A stretch of DNA of 63,542 bases, the filler included, from Choristocarpus tenellus KU-1152 (Eukaryota; Protista; Phaeophyceae), in assembly GCA_964200185.2 (NCBI GenBank). It is 11 parts of 11 records of this genome, joined end to end, with 100 filler letters (N's around TTAATTAATTAA, not from the genome) between each part and the next. Parts side by side here need not be neighbours in the genome. Positions count along the whole stretch, not along the records: positions 40,937 to 58,946 come from CAXNAD020000590.1; positions 59,047 to 63,542 come from CAXNAD020014294.1; 9 more parts are not named here. One strand, written 5' to 3'. The notes beneath the pieces were generated by a model. That model saw only the letters and a list, made by a program, of their open reading frames with translations, had not been told where the DNA came from and made no database searches. A program made the translations under genes and the position numbers. Every line of letters starts with the position of its first letter. Position 1 is the stretch's first letter. Positions 52,171 through 63,542 of the stretch are shown piece by piece.

Positions 52171-53903
52171 CAATGTTAGTTACTTCTAGAAGTTCCAGAT
52201 CTTTCTGTCCTTCCTGACTTCATTGACTTTGTATCTAGAGATGTAGAATGTTTCCTTCTAGAATGTACTGTTTGGTCTGAAACTGCCAGACACAATTCCT
52301 TGTATTCTGCTGGATTTCACCAAACATACTTTGGAACAATTTGTATGGTGCGACTACTACCAGGGGATGATAAGGATGACGAATGGTGGGAAGAAAACGA
52401 GAAAGAGATTGCAGAACCCCTGGCCTATATCAACCACAAATTTGAACAATAGCAAGGAAGTATGTTAAGGGGTGGGCAACAATGAAGCCCTATTGGACCA
52501 AGGTTTGATATCTGACGCTTTCTTAGATTTTATACGAGAGGGAGAATACCCAAATTTATCGACAACCAATCTGCATGGAAAACGGAAAAATTCCCGTATG
52601 AGATCAAATTAGTTTATCAATAGTTAATTACTAGTCCAAAAATTCACCTCCAGAGCTCCATTACTAGGCAGAGAGAAGCTTAACGTATGTTGGGCGAGGG
52701 AAGAAAAAAAGACGAAGAGTCTAGTTCTGATCATTCGACTGGGCTATGCGCTCTTTTTCCAGGTGAATTCGTTGTAGAGGTCACTATGCTCATTCTCTTT
52801 GTTTGGTTGAACACGTTTGTGAAAGTCTATCAGACCTGACAGCAAGAGAGATGTGTCCAGTGGTGGAAAGCAAGAAGAGTGCCCAAATCGCTTCGTCTCT
52901 TGTGACATCCTTCACCACTGGGAGTCCTTCTTGCCTCTTGCACCTCACGAAAAAATTCTAGTCAATAAATGATTGTATTGAATATTTTTTGCAGACAATA
53001 TAGTTTGCAATCACTAGACCCTTCATTTCTCAGTACTGATTTGTATTGCTTAAATGTAGATACTAGGACAAGAAATGAGGGAAAATTGACTGAGATCTGT
53101 CTGAATGTAGCCTCAATAATGGAGATTAGGTTGGAATGGAGAAACAAACGAAGATTGCCTTACTTCATTTTGAAGACGCCGTAGAGGTGTTCGGAATCTC
53201 ACTCAGTCCACGAGGCTTATTGGGATGGCCCTACAATGGGACTCACCAATATGTAGACACAGCATTGCCGCATCATATTGATATGAATGATGTGTTGTGC
53301 ACTTCCTTTGGGACCAGGCGCTCCAGGTTGACATGTCATCAGAGCAATACACTGTATCCTGAAATACTGTAGTACTTCGAGGTAGTAGTCACTCCCCCTC
53401 ACCCACCCTCGATATGTAGGGACCCTCTCTTTTGCTCTGTAGCATTGATGTCTGTGTTGTGTTATGGCTAGCTTGGATTCAGCAGCAGGGTTTACAGCCC
53501 CTCTTTTTGCAACTTAGGAGTTTGGTTGTACAGTGCAGTGCTACATACAGTTGTGAGATCAGTATTCAGTATTTTTGGTCAGACCAATTCTGTCACATTA
53601 TTGCATGACGGGTATTTTGTTCTATACAAGGAGAAGTTGCTTCTTAGTGAAATTATTATAGACTAGATGTATATCATTGTAAACAGAACAGTAGAAACAG
53701 GTTTGAGACTCTAATGTACACAACAGATAACTCAAAACAGTACACACGGCAAACACCATCACACTCACCTCACTCTTCCCACTGCCAACAACTTCAACAT
53801 TATCACAACTCTTTTGGTCCTTACTTTAGCCCTGAAATACAAGACCTTTTTTGTTGTTATCCTCTGCCCCATGTGTTATCAACCAATCTCCAACCTTGAG
53901 CAG

Positions 53904-54335
53904 GCAAGTTACAGTCGCTGGATCAACTTATCCTTTTCTGTGGTTCAGACTTTCAGTGGTGTTATTATGGCGGGGGTGCTCTCCTTTGCGATGTGTCGTG
54001 GGTTGAAGGAGCTGCTAAATTCCACCCCAAGCAATCGGGTCAAGCTCTACTTTGTGCTCTCCCTCCTCGGTACCATTATCAATCTCTACAATGGGATCGC
54101 TTCGGTCCTTGATGAGACTTTTACCTCAAGGAGCAGCCGTGAGCTCATTATGATTGGCTGGAGTCTTAAGTACGTTCATATATCACTGGATACAATGGTG
54201 TTCTTGATACTGCTGGGCAGAGGAGCAGTCAAACTTCAAGACTCCCGGGTGAGCAGTGGATCTGGTGGCAACTCTGGAACATCTATCATCCCACACCAGC
54301 CATATTCTCGCTTTCCCCATACTTCAAGCGCATAG
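53904..54335 (+). CDS. Terminal exon of a multi-pass membrane protein (3 predicted TM segments); upstream exons look disrupted
   Basis: gagcag| acceptor, 143 open codons with hydrophobic segments INLSFSVVQTFSGVIMAGVLSFAM, LYFVLSLLGTIINLYNGIASV, LIMIGWSLKYVHISLDTMVFLILLG, then a Ser/Gly tail. Confidence 0.5.
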   Translation, partial: ASYSRWINLSFSVVQTFSGVIMAGVLSFAMCRGLKELLNSTPSNRVKLYFVLSLLGTIINLYNGIASVLDETFTSRSSRELIMIGWSLKYVHISLDTMVFLILLGRGAVKLQDSRVSSGSGGNSGTSIIPHQPYSRFPHTSSA

Positions 54336-54367
54336 TTCCCTGGTGCCTCAGAATTCTGTTCGATTTT

Positions 54368-54545
54368 GGCTAAAGGTATGTGGGTGTGTGTGACGGCCGT
54401 CCATCTGGCGCATATTTTTCCATGTCGCAATTTCTGGGTGATTTGGACTGAATGTGTCGGATTAATAACGTTAGTGCAATTTTCCTTGTCAGGGTCCAAA
54501 TGGACACCCTGATGTAGACCCCCCCCCCCACAGATGTTTTGAGCC
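54368..54545. mobile_element. MITE subfamily A, diverged full-length
   Basis: GGCTAAAGGTATGT...AGATGTTTTGAGCC, TTT/TTT duplication. Confidence 0.8.
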
Positions 54546-55931
54546 TTTGTGCTGCTCTCCCCAAATGAACATGGATACCTTGATGCTAAAGAACATAGTA
54601 GATATGTGAAGATTCTAGTCAATAGATATTTCGAAGTATGTGTTTCGCGTGTATGTTCTGCCGACCCCAAACAACCCACACGTTTGATGGATGTCCTTGG
54701 TTGATACACATGTTCTGGTATTTCTGTGTTGTGGATGTGAGGTTGGGGCTTTTATAGCCCCCCCTCCAAGAGGATTGAATTTACAGCCATAGGGGATCCA
54801 TATTTGATTTTTGATATCATGAATGGATGGCTTTAGCATTTTCCTACGGCATTTTTTGTTGTTTTTCTCCTCTTGTTCTAATCCGCGAATAGTCACAGGA
54901 ATCTTGTTCAACCTTACTATCATTTTGTACAGGAGGGTTTTGTTGTTATATAGAGGTGCCTATTGGTTATTGACTTGTGTGTATACCACATGCAGTGATA
55001 TTATGCATACTGACAATTTTTGTCTGTATGATGTTGAATGTTGTAGTACTCATCTCAGCACTCATTCTTGTGCCAGAAGTTAGTATACATGTGCGTGAAT
55101 TGTTTAGGTTTGATTTAGAAAGCTACTTCTTGCTGTTTCTGTGAAGCAAATGATTTTGTAAATTTCCCTCGCACCAGTATTTTTTTTTCGTAGGGCAGCA
55201 GAGTGCTGTTCATGCTTCATTCACAGTTTTTTCTTTGACAGGAAGCTATTGGAGAGGATCGTCACAAATTGTGTGAGAGACTGGATGCATTGGTAACAAC
55301 AAACTAATATGCCAATCTCAAGAACGTACACACAAAAAGGGAAAGACAGTTGTAGGTGTTGATAGAAACAAGGTTGCTGTGGATAGTTGTAGTTACTACT
55401 GTAGTTTCCCCAAAACAAGAAAAATATAGAAAAGTCAACCACCTCCCAGTATACATACTCCTACAACCTGTACCTCTCCCTACCTTGCTTGACTGATCCC
55501 TGTGTAATCTATACCCAAGGACCCCATGGTCGTTCATCCTACGTTCATCCAACAGAGACCGAAACCATAAAAAGAAAAATCAACCACCTCCCACACTTGT
55601 TAACAGTGACCACCAGTTCACCTCCTGTATCAAGACACTACATTGAACTACGAACCCGAAAGTGCTACTTATCCAATTTCATATTCAAATATTCACTGAG
55701 TAGAAATGTGAACTTGCAGCTTTCGTCCTCCGTGGAGGAGGTGAGTCCAAACTCAAAAGAAATAGGTTGACTTTGGGATCTCTTTTCGCACTCAGTACTC
55801 TCCCAAAATATGCTCACTTTTCGTAATTGAACTGTGACCTCGAAGGGGTTCCCCCACTATAATATCCGTAAAACGTACGAGGTCGATCTTTATGAAAGAC
55901 CCACGCGATTTTATGAGGAAATTTAAGGAAA

Positions 55932-56106
55932 GTGTCAAATTATCTAGGGGGGGCGGCACCTGTCCATTTGGGGCCAATTTTTTTATGTCGCGATTTTTGG
56001 GTGGTTTGGTTGCATACGTCGGATGGATAATGCAAGAGCACTTTTGCTTATGGTCCAAATGGACACCCTGGTGCAGACCCCCCTCTCCCCCAAGATACTT
56101 TGGGTC
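55932..56106. mobile_element. MITE subfamily A, full-length
   Basis: GTGTCAAATTATCT...AGATACTTTGGGTC, flanks AAA/AAC. Confidence 0.8.
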
Positions 56107-56245
56107 AACCCTCTAAGAGCATCGATTGGTTGAAGTACACTACCATTTTTTTCCAGTATTTTTGTATTCTATAAATATATGCTATAACATAAATGTAGCC
56201 AAAGGAGGTAATCTGAATGTTAAGTAGGAAACAAACATCGTATTT

Positions 56246-56504
56246 GAGTGAAACTATCTTAGAGGGTACGAATTTTTCTCTGTTTGTCCATTTGTGGGCT
56301 TGGCTTCCCATGGGTTTTTTTATGACATTTTTCGACTCCAAAATGTTTCGTAGTAGGTAAATGTATACGTTATGAAAGGTGTGTCGGAAACATAGATATT
56401 GACACTTCCTAACAAACACGATTAGCCAAAATTCCATCAAAATCACAACATTCTCTTTTGACCCCCAAATGGACGCGGCTCTACCCTCTAAGATACTTTG
56501 GCTG
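56246..56504. mobile_element. MITE subfamily C, full-length
   Basis: GAGTGAAACTATCTTAGAGGGTAC...CTACCCTCTAAGATACTTTGGCTG, collinear with 28967-29214. ATTT on both flanks. Confidence 0.84.
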
Positions 56505-57909
56505 ATTTCAGGCCCCTTCTCTTCAACTCTGTTATATCTGTTGGATGGACTCGACCATAACGTCCCTGGACCCATCATTGTGCAGGATCCAGTCAAGCAA
56601 GGTAGGGTACAGATCGTAGGGGTATGGATGCTCGGCGAGAACCCTTCACTTTGCCCGAACTTCAATGTAGATGTGACAGGTGTTAGTGTATGTATCACTA
56701 CCCGTGCTCTAAACCCCACGTACCGCAAGTATGTGGATGAACAGGCCAAAACGGGAAGACTCAAAGTTGTCATAGTGAATATACATTGTAAAATCTGCAA
56801 CCTGAGATTAAGTTGAAGTATTTCAGCTGGCCTGCATGGCAGAAAAATATGTACATGGTGTATGACACACATAACATTTGGGATTACAATTGAGAATATC
56901 TCAATTGCCCCCATTTTTTGTAGCTCGAGTCAATGAGCCAAACCATCCGAGGGGTAGGCAGGGTTGCATTTCAAAGATCCTGGTAAAGGGTGATAGTATG
57001 GATTTGGTACAATTGCAGAAATTAGTCTTTGCTTGAATTGTGGTAACTTTGTGTGTCGAAAGGAGGAATATCGGTTTTGCGTACGCGCTATTGGGCACAT
57101 AAAAAGCAATGAAATAGTGCATTACACAGGGTAAGAAATATGGATTAGAATGCAGAAGTGCCCAAACTTGCCTACCTCTGAATTGGTTTGTCTCAAACTA
57201 GAGAGACTGTGGGGCAGTGGGCTAGTCGGGGCTTGACTGACTCCTGGGAGCCCTCTCTTGCTTCTACACCGCCTTAGAGCGTTTGAACTACTTAGTTTGA
57301 TTAGTTTTCTTGTTTCTAGTTTTCAAACACACTACGACTCTTCTTCTTGGCGTATCAACGATTTCCCGTAAGAATTTCAGACTCCATAATTTCAGACTCC
57401 ATTGTTGTGGTGTATGTTATGTTCTTTACTCCACGTGTTTCTTCTTTTTCCTCCACGAAAACAAAACATATCTACCCTTTATCCCAGTCAATTTTGGGTC
57501 AAGCCCAAAAGCTCCATCCTCAATTTTTGAAATCGGCTATTATTCCTATTGAAAATGCGTAACTCAAAGATTTTGAAGTTTTTCGTCTTTGTCAAGATCA
57601 AGATCTTGTCAGGTTTTAAATCTCTATACCAATCAGTATTTAAAGGATTCAACAGATTTCACAATGTGTCATACAAGTTTTTTCTTCATGTCGGGTCGGA
57701 CCACGTCTCCGAAAAGAGTTTGGTGTTCCAAATTCTTACTGCTACTGCCTGTATCACATTTAGGAATGAAATAGGTATGTAATCCCACCGATCTTCTCCA
57801 GGAGGATTTTTGCTGAAAACTCTTCGCACTAGTACTGTTATGTATTTGTTGAACCCTCAACTCTATCTACCGGATTAAGTTTCTCCTTGTGTTTTGTGTT
57901 TGATCATCA

Positions 57910-58085
57910 GACCGAAAGTATATGGGGGGGTGGGGGTTCTACACCAGGGTGTCGATTTGGGTCAAAATCAGGAGAAGTGCATTTACATTATCCATCCGAC
58001 GTACTCAACCAAATCACCCAGAAATCGCGACATGAAAAAATTGCCCCCAAATGGACAGCGGCCACCCCATTCAGAGGCCTGGGCC
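57910..58085. mobile_element. MITE subfamily A, reverse orientation, one TIR degenerate
   Basis: GACCGAAAGTATAT + G-tract + CTACACCAGGGTGTC...AAATCGCGACATG...CCCCAAATGGACAG. Confidence 0.75.
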
Positions 58086-58786
58086 CCCATGAGTTAGCCT
58101 TAATCAGCTGAATGCAACATAGTATAAACGGGAAATAATGGAAAGACAATGGAGAGATAAAAACGCCCATGTTGTGAAGATGGCCTCTTCTGGTGTCAAA
58201 ATCATCCTTAAATGCGTGGTTCGCGCGCATCGCGTGGCATCTCCCACGCCAACCGCACGGGCGGACTACCTGATCTAAGTATTGTCCTGTATTTATTTCT
58301 CACGAATACTGTAAGTTGATCAACCGAGACCCATTATATATGGTTAAGCATGCTGACGCGATTACAGGAAAAGAATTTTCATGGAAAAAAAAGTTGATCA
58401 AAAGTTATGGCAAGACAAGGCTGAACTAGGAAGCGACTACCAACACTAACAACAATTTACTATCAGTATTGAATAATAACGAAGTGTGAAACAGGTGGAA
58501 ACAAGACAGGTTCTTCGAAATGAAGGGGAGCGGGAAGACCAACAGGAGGAGGACAGATCAAAGAGAGACAAAGTCAAAGAGGGAGAGCAATCCCTCAGAA
58601 GATCACTCAGGAAAAGAGTGAACAAGTGGAAACTTGAAGGAGGGGGCATTGGTAAGATCACTCCAAACCACCCAATCTTACTTCAAGCAGATGTTACCTT
58701 CAACCTGCAAAAACAAACAATGTCATATGAACATCATGATGTTCAAGATAGGTCACCTTCAGGGTATATATACCTTCTATGGAAGA

Positions 58787-58946
58787 GGGTCAAAGTATCT
58801 TGGGAGGGGGGGTGGTTTGTGAGGGGGCCTCCGTTTCGGTCAAACAACGTTTTTTTTTTGCTTAAATTTCAAATCCGACACGTGCGACTGAATCACACCA
58901 AAAAAGTGAAAATCAAGAAAAGGGTGAAAAACGGACGCCGACACCC
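58787..58946. mobile_element. MITE subfamily B, nearly complete, at contig end
   Basis: Collinear with 2067-2263. Confidence 0.85.
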
Positions 58947-59046
58947 NNNNNNNNNNNNNNNNNNNNNNNNNNNNNNNNNNNNNNNNNNNNTTAATTAATT
59001 AANNNNNNNNNNNNNNNNNNNNNNNNNNNNNNNNNNNNNNNNNNNN

Positions 59047-62000
59047 CTCCTCATCCCCTCCCTCTGCAAACATAGCCGAGGAATAACTATTCACCTTGGC
59101 TGCTCTTCGAGGGTTTCGACGAGCAAGCCCGTGACTCAATGGTGAGGGTGGCATGCCTCCCGCCTCGTCTTCCTCTTCTACTCCCACCCCCAGCCCATCA
59201 GCCGCCCCCCCTTGCTTTCCGCCCTTGCGACTTTTACACTGTGCGGTGAAACCACCTGCCTTCCTTTTTCTTTTTCCTCCTATGGTTTTGGTAGAGGTGT
59301 CCTTTGATGGGGCTACTCCCTCCCCCTGGTGGGATGCCACAATTCCAGTTGGATCAGGCGTGTACTCCGTGAATCGCTGCCCTGAAGAGCCCTTCTTCTT
59401 CCCTTCATCACCGGTTTTGAGAGGGTTTCCTGACGGATCACCCCCACCAAGCGGTACATCCACGGACGATCGCTCCTGTCCCCCCTCTCTTGGAGACAGT
59501 CGGCTGAGATCACCTGCTGAGGTGGGGCGTAATTGATGAGGAAATGAGCCGAAATTTAGTAGTAGTAGACACTAAAGTACCCCCCCGTTCTTACGATTTG
59601 AGACCCTGCTTCTTGGTAGAGAAGTGAAAGTGCCAAAGGAAACGAGCCCACTGCAACGGCAGTAGAGACCAACAAGGTGAGCACGCAGTAGACATTCACT
59701 GCCGTTTTCAATTCTACACATCAGGATCTTCACGAAGGCAGCACCTTTTTGACTCCTTACCATCATGATTCGGAACAGCACACTTCCATAATCACCAAAA
59801 CATAACGAACCTCGGGTGGCGAACAAATGTCAGTCAGCACAGTGGAGGCAACATTCTAGGCGTTGACCGCTGCACCTTACCAGACCAACCTATACTGCCA
59901 AACAGGCTATAAATCCATAACGATAAGGACCCATCTATGCGTATTTCACAACCCGAGATCATCACGTACCACCAAAAAATAATAATATTTTACCTGTACT
60001 CAAATATTTTACTCCCCCCCCCCCTCCCCCCCAGAAAAAAAGCAAAAAAGTACACCTCAATTTGGCAGCAGCAAGATTCTCGACCAAGCCACATGTACAC
60101 CAATCAACAGAGCAACCTACCCACTACGTAATTTCGTAAACTACTAAATCAAATTAAATTGAAAGAGTCCATGGCACAATCTCGCCAACTTGGATGATCC
60201 CTCGACCTCTCCTCTCATCTCTCACCGATACTCCCTCACCATGTCGTACACACACAGATCCCCCTTTGTACTCACCCTCCCCCCCTGTTGTCCCACCCAT
60301 GGAGACCCCAGCACCTGCGGCGGTAGCAGCCCTGGATCTCTTCTCAGAGGTGTCTAGACCATGCTCTACCTCACTATCCCTGCTACCAACCTCTCTCGCT
60401 ACACTTCTAACTTTCTTGCCCTTGCCTTTGCTCTTTGATGTGACCACCGTCTCTGTCCTTGCGCCTGAGGTCTTAGCATCCTCGACTTTCTCCCTTTTTT
60501 TCCTTTGACCCTTCACTCTCTTCTTGTACGCTACCGCTCTACGGCCACCATCGGTCTCTTCCTGAGAAAACAGACACAGTCAATTCAGTGAGACATTGCT
60601 CACGACCTTGATTTTGGGGATAGGGTTTACAGGGTATTCACAGGGACGAAAATAAGACTTCAAAAAAAACTTTCCACACGCACGAGGTCGCCAGAAGCGG
60701 AAAAAAATAATTAAATAAACTTGTGTTTCGCCCAAGTGAAACACCTCTCTCCACAAAAAGAAAAAAAAACGATTCGGTGTGAATAAAACAATTCTTTTTC
60801 GTACCTTTTTTGTGGGAGAACCAAAAAAAGGTACAGGACACACAAAACGTACTGGTGCCATTTTACACACAAACACACACACACACAATATATATATATA
60901 TTAAGAGGCGGCAGTTACAAAGAGTAACTATGGGCGCAACCTCAAAACAAAACAGACAAGGTGTCCGGTAGCATCAAATCACCTTACAGAGGTAACCCTA
61001 ACCCTAACCCTCTTTAGCGTGTACATGAAACCAAATACTGAAAAGAGAGCTCTCTCTAGTAGAGACTGCTATTGTGACGCATGATGTAACTGTCTTCAAA
61101 CTACAAACTCACTTTTCAAACAGCCACAAGACAGGCGAGGACGCCTCTTCAGTACAAACACCTGAGAAGACACCAGCATCTACCCCACAAAAAGAGAAGA
61201 AGTCAGGCATCAGCACCTGTCCCATTCTTACTTCGGCTGTTAACATTTTCTTAACACACCTCACACACTAGACCCCTACACAGTCAACCTTCCACATAGT
61301 AGTAACACCCTAGTACAACCCCTCCCAGATGGACTCCTAGTCCCCTCATTCCACCCAAAAAAGATATTCCCCTTCCCCCCCATTCAAATGATAAAAGAAA
61401 TACACACACACAAACATACATACAACTCAGGTGTACCCACCATAAAAAAGCCCCCACTACTTTCCACCAGCCAACACTAACTCACCTCCTGCTGTCCTTC
61501 TCCACCTCCACCATCCTCACCCCTTACTTCCAAGGAACCCTTTGCCCTCCTCAACCCCACGTCATGTACAGCAACTCTCAGGCGCTTGCTTCGAATAGTG
61601 GCCACTCTCTTGTTGTCATGGTAGGTCATGAAGTAGCGGTCGATACGTGTCTGGGAGAAGGACGCTCCTTCCTGGTTAAGATTCTGTGAGTGTATGGGTT
61701 GAGGGGGGGGGGGGGGGGGGGGGGGGGAGTGCATGGGATGCGTAGGGGAATTTGACTATGTTGTATGTGATTGAGACTGGTAAACATGTTCAAGGCAGAT
61801 TATTAATATTGACAGATTATTAATATTGACAGCTTATATATTTATGCCCTCTAGAGGAGATGCTAAGGGTCAGTTCTCCTTGCTTTCCTCAGTAGGTTTA
61901 CCTCCCTCTGTAGAGGGAACGGAGGCATGGACCTCAGTTTAAATTGTCCACTATTCAAGAGCACAGGTGCAAAAGGATGAAGAAGGCTCTCTTACTCCTG

Positions 62001-62961
62001 GACAACACAAGGGAATGCAGACCAAAACACCACGAATGCTAGCGCACATCAAGCACAGTACCCTCTCCAGGTGAGAGAAGTGGGACCAAGGCGACAATGG
62101 CCGGGAGGTTAGTCAACATGAGGAGGAGGACAGACGAGGCGCTCATGAGTACCTAGACGGGCGCTGAGAAGGTACTATCACAAAAATAAGGAGGCGTTTA
62201 GAGTGACAAAAGTTCCTGTGAGCTACCGGTAGATATTGGTACAGGAAGACAGTTCTACCCACCGTGAAACTAGTAGGCACATACTCGTGATGGTACTCCT
62301 CACTCCGGAGAACAGAGGGTATACAAAGGAACAGTGTACATGGTTCATGGTTCATGGTACGGAGCGAGAGAGGGTAACGACAGAGTCTGAACCTTTGATA
62401 CAAAACTGCACATACCACTGACATTCACAAAAGCAGAGAGTACCAAGGAAATGAGCAACCACGGTACCGTAATAGAACCACGGTACCGTAGTAGGACTTG
62501 AGATGGTACCATGAAAAAAAAAAAAAAAAAACGGACTGGAGGGACGGCCACCGCCCAACAAAAACAAGAAGACTCCAAAAAAAAGCCACNNNNNNNNNNA
62601 AAACAAAGGAAAAGAGCAACCACGGTACCGAAAAAGAACAAAGGTACCGTAGTAGGACTTGAGAAGGAACAAAAAAAAAAAAAAAAAAAAAAAACGGACT
62701 GGAGGGACTGCAACGGTCTCTCTGTAGGAAGAAGACACCAAAGGATAGGCCGGGTGAACCTGAAAAAAAATGGCACGAACTGGACTGCGGTCCCCCAAAA
62801 ATGACTGCAGTACTTCCGTTGAACTCAAGTCCAACCTTCATCATGGGCAGGATCAGGCCGTCTGTCCGTTCCAGGTCCCACCCCAGAGCCGTCTGGCACA
62901 GCCCACGCAGTCCTGCTAGATCTGGCAAGGCCCAGCTGAAGGGCTCCTCAGAATGATCCAC
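59047..62961 (-). CDS. XPG: XPG/RAD2 (ERCC5/UVH3-like) DNA-repair endonuclease, C-terminal exons; truncated both sides
   Basis: Exon 62961-62836 VDHSEEPFSWALPDLAGLRGLCQTALGWDLERTDGLILPMMK. Exon 61683-61486 contains PIP box QTRIDRYF and IRSKRLRVAV. Both match the XPG C-terminal conserved blocks. Further basic/low-complexity exons from 60561 to about 60190 and from about 59517 to the contig edge. Confidence 0.86.
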
Positions 62962-63542
62962 CTTCCAGGACGGTGCGACAGAGAGACGGTAAGTAGACCA
63001 AGGGAGGGGTTTAGACGAAGTTGCAATCGTATTGTATCCCAGTACAATACAAAAAAATCAGGTTCTGATCACGAACACGGACAGACTCAAGGAGAACGGG
63101 ATCCACTGTAGCCAATTGTGTGGTGGGGGAGGGGGAGAGAAGGAAAAGTGCATGTACACTCCCTTCGGTAAAACCAAACCCTAACCCTAACCCTAACCCG
63201 TGAATGTAAATACATCAGAGCTGATGTATTCCCTGTGGGATTCAATTAGTTAGTCCCCAGGAATATATACATCCGAAAGGTTAGGCAAAACCTTCGGATG
63301 TGAGCGTCATGTTTGTACTCAACCTATATAAAAATCAAAGAACATCGTTTTGCTTCATACCATCAATTCTTTACCATTCCCACTCTTTCGTCTTTTCTAA
63401 ACAATTTCTCCTTGTCAAAAGGTAGGTCTATCATAAATCCCTCCCCACCTTCCCTTCCCCCCTCTTTTACAGACAATTTCTCCTTGTCCTAGGTAGGTCT
63501 TATCATAAATCCTCCCCCTTCCTATATATCATAACCCCCCCC

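Noticed and set aside
52687-53580. Stop-codon reassignment or readthrough to explain in-frame TAG/TGA
   Set aside because: Intact genes here (SDR, PUB) end in TAG normally, so pseudogenisation is simpler.
56105-56914. 269-aa ORF, the longest in the track
   Set aside because: Runs through a MITE-C copy and has no motif; probably a chance frame.
63178-63199. CCCTAA run near the window end as a true telomere
   Set aside because: Only about 3 units, with unique sequence on both sides, inside the XPG gene region.

Overview
This window is not one locus. It is 11 short eukaryotic contigs joined by artificial 100-bp linkers (44 N + TTAATTAATTAA + 44 N), so adjacency across linkers means nothing. 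Contigs: 1-8084, 8185-10687, 10788-13770, 13871-21787, 21888-25186, 25287-28470, 28571-33069, 33170-38178, 38279-40836, 40937-58946, 59047-63542. The DNA is intron-rich (small exons, introns mostly 0.2-1.3 kb), carries interstitial TTAGGG repeats, and has RTE and CRE LINE relics. This suggests a stramenopile, probably brown-algal, nuclear genome (inference). Spliced genes rebuilt by hand: one complete 8-exon membrane-anchored short-chain dehydrogenase (364 aa), the 5' end of an ABCA transporter, a DENN-domain exon, the 3' end of a PUB-domain protein, the C-terminal part of XPG/RAD2, and some unassigned exons. Much of the rest is decayed transposons (CRE-clade, RTE and APE-type LINEs, Ty3/gypsy, DD39D-type mariner). 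The most striking structure is a family of about 20 miniature inverted-repeat elements in three subfamilies. They share a 14-bp TIR ending in AAAGTATCT, a GTCCRTTT subterminal motif and non-specific 3-bp target-site duplications. They sit at 8 contig ends, and one copy directly abuts a splice acceptor. I found no CRISPR array, rRNA/tRNA or prokaryotic/viral system, and I cannot support a claim of a wholly new biological system here.
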